A stretch of 63,885 nt of DNA, counting the filler, from Choristocarpus tenellus KU-1152 (Eukaryota > Protista > Phaeophyceae), in NCBI GenBank assembly GCA_964200185.2. It is 10 parts of 10 records of this genome, joined end to end, with 100 filler letters (N's around TTAATTAATTAA, not from the genome) between each part and the next. Parts side by side here need not be neighbours in the genome. Positions count along the whole stretch, not along the records: positions 12,819 to 21,219 come from CAXNAD020004756.1; positions 21,320 to 34,445 come from CAXNAD020001580.1; 8 more parts are not named here. One strand, 5' to 3'. Below, piece by piece: positions 13,786-24,813 of this stretch. The translations under genes and the position numbers were made by a program. The notes beneath the pieces are model-generated. The model saw only the letters and a program-made list of their open reading frames with translations, had not been told where the DNA came from and ran no database searches. Within the stretch, counting starts at the first letter, position 1. Each line of letters opens with the position of its first letter.

Positions 13786-14042
13786 GAGTCAAAGTATCTT
13801 AGAGGGTAGAGCTGCGTCCAATTGGGGGGCAAAATCCAATGTTGCGATTTTGATGTAATTTTGGCTATCGTGTTTGTTAGGAAGTGTCAATATCCTTGTT
13901 CTAGACACACCTTTTTTTAAGTATACATTTTACCTACTCCAAAACATTTCGGAGTAGGAAAATGTCCTGAAGAACCCATCGGAAGCCAAGCTCCAAACGG
14001 ACAAACAGGGCAAAACCTGTACCCTCTAAGATACTTTCACTC
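13786..14042. mobile_element. MITE family B (~258 bp), inserted in the Sola2 transposase
   Basis: TIRs GAGTCAAAGTATCTTAGAGGGTA ... TACCCTCTAAGATACTTTCACTC; internal hairpin CCTACTCC..GGAGTAGG; homologous to seven other copies in the window. Confidence 0.9.
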
Positions 14043-16059
14043 TTGATCATCTGGATAATGTCATCTTTGGTGGCCCTGCTGGGGGCGGCGATGCTAAGCC
14101 TAGAGGACAGTGCCTTGGCGGCAGTGTACACGGACAGAGCTTTATTGTAGCATGGGTGTGTGATCAAGATGTAAACATGGGGATAAGTGGGACTGGTAGG
14201 GTTGGTTGCTGTATCCATCCTGGGCCCGGCGTGAGGGTGAAACCGGACAGGTTCAACATCCAAATATCTAACCATTGGTCGTGTGTTTGCATAAGGCACA
14301 CCTTGATCTCCGGGCAAGTATTTCATTGCAGGTCCGCCTCCACTACCGAGGTGTATGCATGGACGAACTCGTTCGATGTGACACGGGTGCTGTGTGTGTC
14401 TAACATACAAGGGCATTTCCAGATCGAATGAGATTTCCAGTACACCTGTCACATGTACCGTCCAGACAAGAATTTTTGAAGCTGCCCAACGAACCGCCAG
14501 AGGGCGGTTCGCTGAGGGGCTCCAGCACCATCCTCTCGCATCTGTGTTGTTTCGATTGGTCCAAAAGTGGTTTTTGGTGTCAGTGTAAAGGTCTGAGTAT
14601 CGGATCGCACGTCACTAGTGAGGTCCGGCTGTAACTGCAACATACTTAGAGGACGTGGTGAAACGGTTTGAGAGCGAGTGTGTAGTGTGTGTATCTACTG
14701 TGGGTTGATTATTTGATTGTTGCTCCAGCTCGTCGTGCTGACACACTGGCCACGTTGTGGGTGTGGTCTTACACAGAAACTTACTGCAAGAAGGCCATCA
14801 TATCAGCAGCACTTTCGAGTGCGGCCTCCACCTTTTCAGAGCCACATCCCTTACCCTTGTCGCAGAATACGCATGTGCATGCGCAAGCCCATTGTCCATC
14901 GTCATCAATGATTGTCCTCGCATGTACTTTCTTCCAGCTCTCTCTTAGGCACTGAACCTGAAGGTCGGTGGTCATTTGGTGAATGCAAACTCACGATCTG
15001 TATTGTGTGGAAGAGTGGAGGGAGGGAGAAGGTGGGTTAGCACCCCCTGTGTGTGGAGACGAATGATGTGGTATGTCACTGGGTAGCCTGTGGCGGTTAC
15101 GAACCATAGACATTACTGTAGCGTGTGTCCCAAAAATCGAAAGACTATTTTCACATGCACCTTGGCATGGCCTTTGTGATTTAGAACGGTCTCCACTTCA
15201 CGAGTGTCGACAGATATAGGGTATTGGTCCTGACATCCCCTCCAGTTCGAATCTCTCCCTCAAGATGCCATAGACATCCTCATCTGTCCCAATCTGTGTC
15301 CTGTTGCCACATCGGTTGCACGATGTATATGTCATGGTATGTTGAAGTTTTGTTGGTCCAGGATAAACATGTTATAATTATTCATCCATAGTGTGGATGG
15401 GGGATATGTGCAACGCTTGTAACGATGCGAGTCGCTCATGTGGAGTACCTCTGAGCGTGCTGTTGACACAGTGCATCCGGGCGGCAAACTCCCTTGTTTG
15501 TATGCGGGCCCAAGTAGTATGCATGGCCTGAGTGGAATCATGAGACGTGATCGGATCATGGGATATGGTGGTGCTATTGCTCTTCCCATACGGTGATGCC
15601 AAGAACATGTGTATCAGGGTGCTGCACATCAAACTGTCGTGGGGAGCTGTCCCTTCCCACGTCGAATACCCTTGGTCTGCCATTTTGTCTGAGATATCGA
15701 TGGAACATATGGGGCAGGTGTCAGTTGCGCACCACGATACAAAGGATCATCCGAGCATTGTTTAATGATTAAATTCTTCTTGGACATACAGGAGATGTGT
15801 TCGCCCAGGGGCAATGTTGTGTGTGTCACACTGTTGATGGCTGGTGAGTATGAACTTCCATACCTCTGGGCGGTGCCTTGTGGAGAGCACGGAAGGGCGT
15901 GAGTGTTGTGTACGGGAGATGATCCTCCAGCATCATTGGCAGACGCTGCGGAGGGACTCGTCTGTCGCCGCATGTCTCGTATAAATCCCGTGCGTTTCTT
16001 CGCAGATGACCTTAGCGTTTCGACCTTGATGTGCAATTTTCTTGCAGTGACGGACAGAA

Positions 16060-16318
16060 GAGTGAAGGTATCTTATAGGGTACGATTTTTTCCCTGTTTG
16101 TCCATTTGAGGCTTGGCTTCCCACTGGTTATTGATGACATTTTACCTGCTCCAAAATGTTTCGGTGTAGGTAAAATGAATATGTTATGAAAAGTTGTGTC
16201 CGGAACAAGGATATTGATATCTCCTAACGAACATCATAGCCAAAATTACATCGAAATTGCAACGCTGGATTTTGGCTCCCAAATGTATGCGGTTCTGCCC
16301 TCTAAGATACTTTGACTC
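16060..16318. mobile_element. MITE family B, opposite orientation, 4-bp TSD AGAA
   Basis: agaa|GAGTGAAGGTATCTTATAGGGTA...CCCTCTAAGATACTTTGACTC|agaa. Confidence 0.92.
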
Positions 16319-17557
16319 AGAAGGAGTTGAAACGTCAATGTCACCCCGCCATCCAGTATTTCAATATCAGGAGCGATGCCGACGAGGATGGAGCTGTATA
16401 CCTGGCGGGGGTGCTCAGTGCTAGGATCTTTCCTTTACACATTCTAGGAATGTCTTGACCTGGAGATCGGGCATCGACTCGCACTATTCCCGAGTCAGCA
16501 CAACTCGCAGCGCGCTCGCCAATGGTGCAAACCTGCTTTTCTCATCCAATAACCAAGAGGCAAGGTCGTTCCAAGTGCGGCCGCTTCCTTCCATCTCTTC
16601 TAGACCATCGTGGTTGACAAACAAGGAGAGGAAGAGGTTCATGATCTGGTCCGTTTGAGATTTCTTCCACGAACAAGCGGCACTGGTCTTGGGCAGTCTC
16701 TTGAGTCCTCGTTTCCTGAGGTCATGATATAGGTTAGTGGGCTCATTTCCCTTCCACACTCGAGTTCGATGTTGATGATGTGAGCATCGGTAATGCTGCC
16801 ACTTTGTTCGGACGAAAGGGCGTGCACAATATTTGGTCATGAAGTGTTCGACAGAGTAGGGCCCTGTTGGGTGACACCCAACGTTCAACACATCAACAAG
16901 GGGGTGTTGGGTACATCGAGAACCGAAACCGCCCCGGTTAGAATATCGTGAAAAGGTGTGCATCGTGTATGCAGGCACTCGCGAGCCACATCAATAAGGT
17001 TATGAATACATCCCATGAAGCACGTAGGACGAAGTGAATCGGGGTAGTTTGTCGTACGGGTCGAGTTACTTGTGTCTGATTCGTGCATCAGTTTACCTTG
17101 CCTTGATGTACGACTGCCATATTCATGCAGTTTCCATCCGATGGGTTAGGCATTACACAGTGGTACCGGATTCATTGCTACCGTTCAGAGGTGTCAGTGT
17201 ATCATATGTGTTACTCATCTTGAGGATTAGACCTGTGTTCTTATTTGTTTGACAGAGAGTGTCCAATCCAAGGTTCAGGCAACAAAAATATAAAACATTT
17301 TATAAACAAATCTTCTCCATCTTTTCCTCTAAGTTTTCAGTCAATTCGCCAAGGCCTGCAATGGATACGTTGTCTTCTTACCAGCCGCAAATTATTCCCT
17401 GAACCCTACTACCTAGCTCCCCCCTGCTTCTCAATACTCTATGCAACATCTCATGCTTTGTCCAAGTGTCAACAAACGAGGGTCGATCCCATCCTCCTTC
17501 AAATCTTGGAGGAACATATCCTGAAGTCAAAGTCCAATGCTCCTAAGCACAACACCA

Positions 17558-18060
17558 ACCCTGAGCCTACCCCAAACACGTGCCATGAACTCGACGAATG
17601 GCCTGGATCGCGACCCCCGCACACCAACACTAACCATAACCTTACGCTAACACTTACACTGAGCCTATCTGAATCCCGTCGCAACCTAAAATTGACAAGT
17701 ATCTTACCTGAATTACGTACCAGTGCCGCCATCGACCCTACTTACGCCAAACCAACTCTAGCTCATCAGGATTTAATCAACCCACTAACCCTAACCCCGA
17801 ATCAAGGGAAGTATACCTTAAGATACTTCCAGCGAAAAGTATGACAATAAACCTTGACCAATAACCCTTTGTGAACACATCCAGAATCCATCGATCCATG
17901 ATATCAAAGAAACACTACGCTAACCCGAAAGCAAAACCTAGCCCTTTTCCCTTCCTTCATGCCAACAACTTCAACCCTAACACCCTCAACCAATAAGCCT
18001 GTTTAAACACATTCGAAATCTGACACATGCAAACGTCGAAACTTCTAACCAAGCCCAAAT
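17558..18060 (-). repeat. Degenerate telomere-like (TTAGGG) tract
   Basis: Dispersed CCCTAA-like units on +, e.g. actaaccctaacccc, aaccctaacaccctcaacc, ctaacccgaaagcaaaacctagccc. Confidence 0.55.
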
Positions 18061-18120
18061 AAGTGGTGGCATGTATTCCCATTCCTCATGCGTCCGCAAG
18101 GACAGAAGGGAACGTAACCA

Positions 18121-18245
18121 ACAGTCCTATTTTTTCCCCCACATTGCAAATCCGATACGTGCAACCAAATCACACCAAAAAATGAAAATCTAAAAATGGG
18201 TCAAAAACGGGTGCCAACACCCCCTCCCCCCCTATACTTTGACCC
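18121..18245. mobile_element. Family-A-variant terminus; candidate 5' end of the Sola2 element
   Basis: CAAATCCGATACGTGCAACCAAATCACACCAAAAAATGAAAATC...CCCCCTATACTTTGACCC, closely similar to 34349-34420. It is a single end with no partner TIR nearby. Confidence 0.6.
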
Positions 18246-18299
18246 GGGTGAAAGCCCATCTAGACCATTCTCCTAGGTTAGTGTCGCATATACACGTTG

Positions 18300-19950
18300 C
18301 AAAAAGGTGAATAGCCATAACCGCACAAAATGTTGATCTGGAGACAAATTTCTATCATCTTTTTGCCAACCCCATCACAAATAGGTTCTCTTGATCTCAC
18401 TTTCGGCAACCCCTATCTTCATGTGCATCCAAATTTATAAGTTACACCGACGCCTATGCACCATCAGAGATTATTCTTGGTGGATTTGATGTGATACCAG
18501 GGATAAGACAACAATCTTTCGATAGGCACAGCATGGTAAATACTTTTGGGAGACAGACACCTCGGGGTCGTGGTTTCTTCCCTCAAGCAGGGCAGAATAC
18601 TTCAAAGTAAAACATGCATGTCTCAAATCGACAAAAATATTTGGTACGCCAGTCAGTTAAGTCGAGATTATTTAATTTGCCTAGTAGTGCAGCATGTACT
18701 AAACGACAATTACCAATTTTACTAGACATAGTATACGGTCTAACCCCTGGATTCTTACCTTCTTCTGTTGTTAATAGACAAGGGATAGAGTACCCGCAAC
18801 TATCGATGGATGACCTTGCCTCGGGTGTTGTCAGGTATGATTACTGATCCGTTGGAAGTACCATTATAACTTGGGGCTGTCATACACAGAGCAAAAAAAA
18901 CGTTTAACAGAAATAACCATGATGCTCATCTTGAGAACTATGTATGCGATCTTATTGTCGTACGTTTTTTGGCAGATACATCTTGAAGCGACACGCCTTG
19001 AAGTGGGATCACTAATATTGATATATGGATGTACTTAGAACAGTTGTAGTATAGGGAGAAGCACTACAATGGTGCACGGTGAATTAACATTTTAAGAGGA
19101 ATGACAGACCAGGGGTATTGAAAAAGCACCTGCCCTGAGATAGTAAATTAGACGTAGGTCTGGACTGTCAGATGATTACAATGATTAATATTGAAAAAAA
19201 GAAAGGGAATTTCAATAGGAAGGACTGGTAGAGACGTTTCTATCACTATTCTCTGTTCGTTTCCTAAGTTTACTATAACATTAGCAACGTGGTCCACTCC
19301 CCTGGCCTGTATCATGCCACTTGTTTTGCTTCTATTCAGCTTGCTGACTGCATGTTCATAAGGCAGTCGGATCGATTGCGATGATCAAATATGAGAATGA
19401 AGAGATTACAGGAAGTGACGGAAAGTCCTTGAGCACTGTGATACGAAGTTTCTGTACGGTTCGAAGAAAGTGAAGGAGCCTTGCTTAAGGTAGTGGCAGG
19501 GACGGATATGAAGGTAGCAAATAGTTTAATATCTTGGTTGGGATTGAGACTGATGCGACAAGGTCTCTTCGAAATCACTTCGTTGTTGTCTCTGACCAGA
19601 TTAGGCAAGCCAACTTCGGCTCTCCTATACTTCATGTTTTTCCTGGTTATGGAATCTTTTCGATATTTCACTATCTTTACTCTGATCTAAACCCCCTTCA
19701 TGTTAGTATTTTTTTCCTACAGGGGTCTAGAAGTTCCGAAGGAACACTGAAGGTGTAGGATTCCTGCCTAAGATAGGAGAAAACAGGACAAGGTTGGACA
19801 TTTGAGCGATTGGGCTCTTGTTTATCAACATGTATGTGTGTGTGTTAGACATCTAGAAGAGGGAAGAGAGTTAGGATACCTGACCTCTAGCATGGAAAAG
19901 ATACAATCGTGATGAAGGTCCAGTACTTGTTCTCGTACCATATATGCGTA
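18300..19950 (-). pseudogene. Heavily decayed non-LTR retrotransposon (RLE/CRE-like) 3' fragment
   Basis: Remnants VGLPNL (GGLGLP-like), YHSAQG (RLHS.QG-like) and IGVGVT, in plausible order, with many stops. Motif recognition is weak. Confidence 0.3.
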
Positions 19951-20179
19951 AGGAAGTGGCTCGTGTTGGAACACATGGAGTCCTTGGAGTCCTGCAAGAC
20001 ATTTGAAGGGTGCTTAGGTGAACTCTCCGCTTTATTTAGAAGAATAATAACAGTATAACTGAATCAAACTGTCGCTTCTTTTTCACCCTTAGAGTTCTCA
20101 CTTTCCAATGTATTTTATGATACATCATTTCCTTATCCAACGATGACCTCCATTTTTTTTCCTTTTGTTGAACAGGGTA

Positions 20180-21163
20180 TCCATCAATATATATTACTAT
20201 ACCCACTGAAATGTTACTTGGGGTCCATACTCCAAGTGTAGCAACTGCCCTTGATCAAGTCCAGATTGAGACCCTGGAGCGGGTAAACATCACCACGGTG
20301 AAGAAGGTCCCAGGCAGGCTTCGCACCGCCCACGCAATTGCCCCCATGCACACAGTGGATCTCCTGATACATGAGGTAACTGTCCCAAGGCTGAAAGGGG
20401 GGACACCAATAATAGGGCGTCATCAGAGCATCCAAACTCTTCCACATGATCTCTGGCCTCTTGCTGGAAAATTATGGAAAGTTCTCGAGGGAGGAAAGGT
20501 TTGCCCGGGTGGCTTCAGGGAACATCCAAGAGCAAGTTGCATGGCTACTAGAACGATCTCAGAGGACCAGCAGACGTAGATAGGCCCCTGAAGAGGATCC
20601 CAAGTCCCGCCAGGAACGCGCTGCAGCTCTGAGTCACCACCATGGAGGAATTTCCAAGGGAGCCGGCGTGCTCCTAGCACAACCCAGAGCCCCAGGGACG
20701 GAGGAAATTTCAATATACTGGTCCCTAAGGAGGCGTGTGTTCTCGTACTGAGCCCTCCTTGTGATCCTGGCATCATGGGCAGCTAGGATATGCACCTCTG
20801 GAGCAGGTGCAGGGGATGTTGTTCCCCCCCAGGTTACCCAGCCTTGACCAATGATTTCGGCAAGGTCTTCTGGGGGGACACCTGTGGCTAGGAGGGAGTG
20901 AATGGATGTTCCTAAGGTCTGAATGGTGGGGCTCGTGCAGATAGCTTGCGAGAAGGACTCATCATGAGGCCCTTGCTGCCTTGCGAGGAGGGTTGGGGAG
21001 AGTAGCTACCAGCGATTCTACGAAAACCGTATGTTGGCGATGTTTCATAGAGGCAAGGCCCAGACCCCCCACACTTGTAGGCATCTGTGCCTGTACTTGT
21101 TGGTGGGTCTCTAGGCGAAGAGACCCATTGTTACACCCTCCCTCGAAGAAATCCACCGCCTCT
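20180..21163 (-). pseudogene. Decayed non-LTR retrotransposon (RLE-bearing, CRE/R2-like) 3' fragment
   Basis: QVQAQMPTSVGGLGLAS matches the post-RT thumb motif QA.LP...GGLGL of RLE-type LINEs. Downstream frames are broken, and a MITE sits at its upstream side. Confidence 0.55.
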
Positions 21164-21319
21164 GGCTCAAATTATCTGGCAGGGGGTGGCGGCTGTCCAT
21201 TTGGGGTCAATTTTTTCGTNNNNNNNNNNNNNNNNNNNNNNNNNNNNNNNNNNNNNNNNNNNNTTAATTAATTAANNNNNNNNNNNNNNNNNNNNNNNNN
21301 NNNNNNNNNNNNNNNNNNN

Positions 21320-21405
21320 AAAAATGTCATAAAAAAAAACATGGGAAGCAAAGCACCAAATGGACAAACAGGGCAAAACTCGTACCCTCTGAGATACTTT
21401 CACTC
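21320..21405. mobile_element. MITE family B, partial at contig start
   Basis: Ends ...CAGGGCAAAACTCGTACCCTCTGAGATACTTTCACTC. Confidence 0.85.
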
Positions 21406-24339
21406 ATCACGATTGATCATGTATTGCCTACCTGTTTTTTTTTAAAGCACAAACCTAACTTTTTCACAACTCTAGCAATTCACCCTCCTACAGCTAATTG
21501 ACGTAGTTGTGAGTGCCAAGGCCTTTGCTTTTCATGCTTTGCGGGAGAGCTTTGGTGTAGATATAAGGTTTACACAGGAGTACAACAGTATATTTATGGC
21601 TACCTCTGATGTATAGCGGCATCACAGGTCTCCATAGCCTCTTGACTATTCCAATAGTGTGAGCTCTTCGAATCACATTGTAATTCATGCCATGAATAGC
21701 ATTCACAAACCAGCCCAGGGTATTGGAGTCCTCAAACCAAAGTGTGCTTATGTGTTGCGTAAGAGGTAGTGTGCATACAATGAGCAGTTGCAGCGGATGT
21801 GGTTCCAAAGACAACACTGTGTACAACCATAATTGATGAGTAACAAACACCTTGACAGTCGAGTTGCAGTGTTAATCGCATACAACCATCCCATACACTC
21901 CAGTTATCCAAACCATAAGCATAGTACTCCTGAACCCTTTTCATGCTTGACCATGCTTATCTCATATATAGGTTGTTGCCCCATGCAAGTGCAAGGGGAC
22001 TCAAAAATGGATCAGCCTTGCTGCTCTTAACTCAGAACGGAGGAAGGAACCCCGCAAGTGGAAGAACTGCCCAACATGCCAGGTAACACTTACAGAAGAG
22101 TAATAAAAGTCAATCACCGAAGGATAAGCCACAACTGTCTTTTGTAGGATGCTTTCTTGATAAACCATGCCCTCTACAAATCTCATAAGAACGACAAAAC
22201 CATACATATACTTACACTGGAGCAAAGTGAGGACTCAAAATACAGTCATCAATCAAAACCTCAAGATATTCGCAGACAATAGTGACTTGGTCTTCATCTC
22301 CTTGACAGGGGCCTATTGACTACAAACTTTATGAGCAACATGGTGGAAGCTTGGGCAAGGCTATTTCAGGTGTACTAAACAATGCCAGGGCAACAAGTGT
22401 GGCGCTAGGAATATTGGTTGGAATTGTGGTGAGAAATTGAGGTGTTGAGTTGCGCCTTTTGTATAACGTAAGTTGTGTATGCACTCAAAACCTCACACTG
22501 GTAAAGGTCATTTTTTGTTGGAGACTGGAGATTATCCTATTTCTCAACTAGTTTATTAGCACTTTATACTGCTATTTTTTTCTGGTCCACTTTCACCTCC
22601 CCACCAATACTCTCAGAAATGTTGCTTGTTGGCCAATGTGTCATTTCAGCTGGCTTGTTGAACTTGATGTACTAGAAAAGTAGATTGAGATACTCTTTTC
22701 AGACAAAAAAAAAATGTAGTTGAAATGTAAGTCACACCCAAGAAGATAGTACCACAAACCCATCGATCAGTGAGCAATACTTCTTCCTGAGAAAAAAAAG
22801 GTGTAGCCATCTGAAATACCTTACCTTGGGTTCAACCTCTCTTATTTCAAGTTTTACTCCTGATATAATGAGGCAAGGGAAGATTTAGAAGATTAAAAGG
22901 TGTTTTTAACTACCTTCTATTGAAGAAGTCACACCTGTCCCACTCGTAATAAAGAAAAAAGGTCGTTTTTTCATGGATCTCTCCACTGTATGTTTTAGCT
23001 CCAATAATTTATATTCATGTGCTGCTTGAGATGTGTGTTATACCCTCTACCCATTTACAGGTTCCATTCCTCGACACTGACTACACATTTATGATCAGTG
23101 CCCAAATTTATTGGTATGTTGCTCCCACAGGTGTTGATTTCAAGTCCTCTAATCCATTATGTGGTGGCCCGAGTACTCACTAGTGGCATTCTATGGCAGA
23201 ACTACCACCGCCTTACCTTCTTCTTCTACATGCCACTGCCCCTCAAGATCATGGCTGTGCGCTTTCTCACACAGGTGCTGTGAAGGCTCCCAGTATTGAT
23301 ACAACTGGTGTTAAAACATTGTAAGAGAAAGATCCTTACATGGTGCTGCCTGTATGGGAGGTTTGCATCCATTGGCATTGCAGTTTTTTTAATGCACCCA
23401 ACACACACAAAGTTAATGTTGTCCCTCTTCCCCCTACCCTCCCTAATATGGACATTGCCCTGGTCATCCCACTCTGTGTCAGCAATGCAACATGCAGTTT
23501 CTTGAGCTAGAGAGGTCTTTGCGTCGGGTACTTACAGATATTGAAAGTGAGATCCTGGAGCAGAGAGTACCAGTGACTGTGGAGGAGACTGAAAATGGGG
23601 AACTGGTCACAGTGGGTCAAGCAACTACTTCACACTGAGTTGCGGGAAATCATCCATTAGATGAAGGATACTGCAATTGAAGGGTGCTAAGGAGACACAC
23701 TGAATTGATATTTGTGAACGAGATGACAAGAAAAGTTTTCGGCAAACTAGAGAGGACAAGCGAGTAGGTGTGACTGCCATGTAAACATAGTTGCATGTTC
23801 GTAATTGCTATGTGTGGTGAAAATCTCAGATTTGAGAGCTCTCAGATTTGACAAGGCACTGGCACTGCATTTAGTACTTGCATGCCAGAACACAAAAAAG
23901 CCCAGGGTGAATGGTTGAACACTCTCAGTCGTGCAAATCTGAACTCCAGGCTCCCATGATGTCCGTAAGGGAGGGTGGATACAAAAATCACACAAATACA
24001 GTATCATGCCACCCCCCTTGACAACAACTGCCCCTATCGGAGCCACTAATGCAATCCTCATGTAACTCTCTACTTAAACAAGAAACATCTACATAACATC
24101 ATCTATGCTTTCAAGAATTGTCCCTTATTAGTCCACAAATCCACATTTATGCTCAACAATGTATCTAGAGCTGTAGCATTTTCTCTCCCACTGCAGTGCG
24201 GACACTATAAGCAAGACTGATAGGTACTACCGTCCTTGCACAAAATGCAAGGTCGTTTCGAATCATAACTTCGATGCTAGATGCCCAATCCCAACGTACT
24301 GGAAGCAAGACCAGGAAGAGGGGGAAAGCGTTGCCTAGA

Positions 24340-24636
24340 TCAATCTGAAAGCGGATTCTGAATGACTATCAGAATGTAGTTCTTGTCGGGCGCCACCATA
24401 ATCTCGTGCTTCATACTTCGCAGACGCAAGAAGGTTAGTCCATCCGTCTCGTCCAGAGTGCGCACAATTCCATTTGCCTTGAAGCTGAGCTGACTGATGA
24501 GGGCCGCATAGGTATCGGTATCCTCCTGGCTGAGGTTCGAGCGAATTGGAATGCCGTCGTTGTTTAAGATGAGTACTCCTTTCACCCCTCGGTGCGATTG
24601 GATGCGCTTCAACGTCTCCTCTACCTCCGAAGACAT
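24340..24636 (-). CDS. DYNLRB: Dynein light chain roadblock/LC7, 98 aa, intronless CDS
   Basis: [33 protein letters not shown]...[29 protein letters not shown] is a near-canonical roadblock sequence of the expected length. Confidence 0.97.
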   Translation of the reverse strand: MSSEVEETLKRIQSHRGVKGVLILNNDGIPIRSNLSQEDTDTYAALISQLSFKANGIVRTLDETDGLTFLRLRSMKHEIMVAPDKNYILIVIQNPLSD

Positions 24637-24813
24637 AGTTTATCTTTTGATGATGAGTAGAGAAGTTGCACATCGCCATGGAAGGCTTTCGGCGTAACGG
24701 ACTATATACTCAAGATGTTGACATACATCCAATATATATACTCCTACTTCTGAAGGGTTAGACAGACAAAAACATTCGGGTCGACTCCTTGTACAGGGGT
24801 CTAACCGTTTTGT

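Larger units (their letters stand above)
12819..16980 (-). pseudogene. Decayed Sola2-type DDD transposase, interrupted by stops, probable introns and two family-B MITEs; runs off the contig end
   Basis: Minus-strand motifs in the expected order: *VCIHQM (~14990), CVFC, CLDGTCDRC (~14450), FLHHNAII*QAQQYKHCKSCLPKGHAIMSMDFS (D1, ~13260), HIWSDGCGSQFKN (D2, ~12975) and HNFFASCHSKSLSDGVGAVVK (D3, ~12853). From recall these match the Sola2 pattern DF.EN / SDG..QYKN / FF.TSHGK..CDG.G..VK. Confidence 0.8.

Noticed and set aside
13934-14452. 172-aa ORF as an independent gene
   Set aside because: It is a chimera of Sola2-region sequence running into a family-B MITE.
17245-17844. 199-aa ORF
   Set aside because: It largely translates the degenerate telomere-like tract (NPEPTPN, LTLTLTL) and has no recognisable domain.
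21494-23505. Short hydrophobic ORFs
   Set aside because: No consistent frame, splice pattern or family motif.
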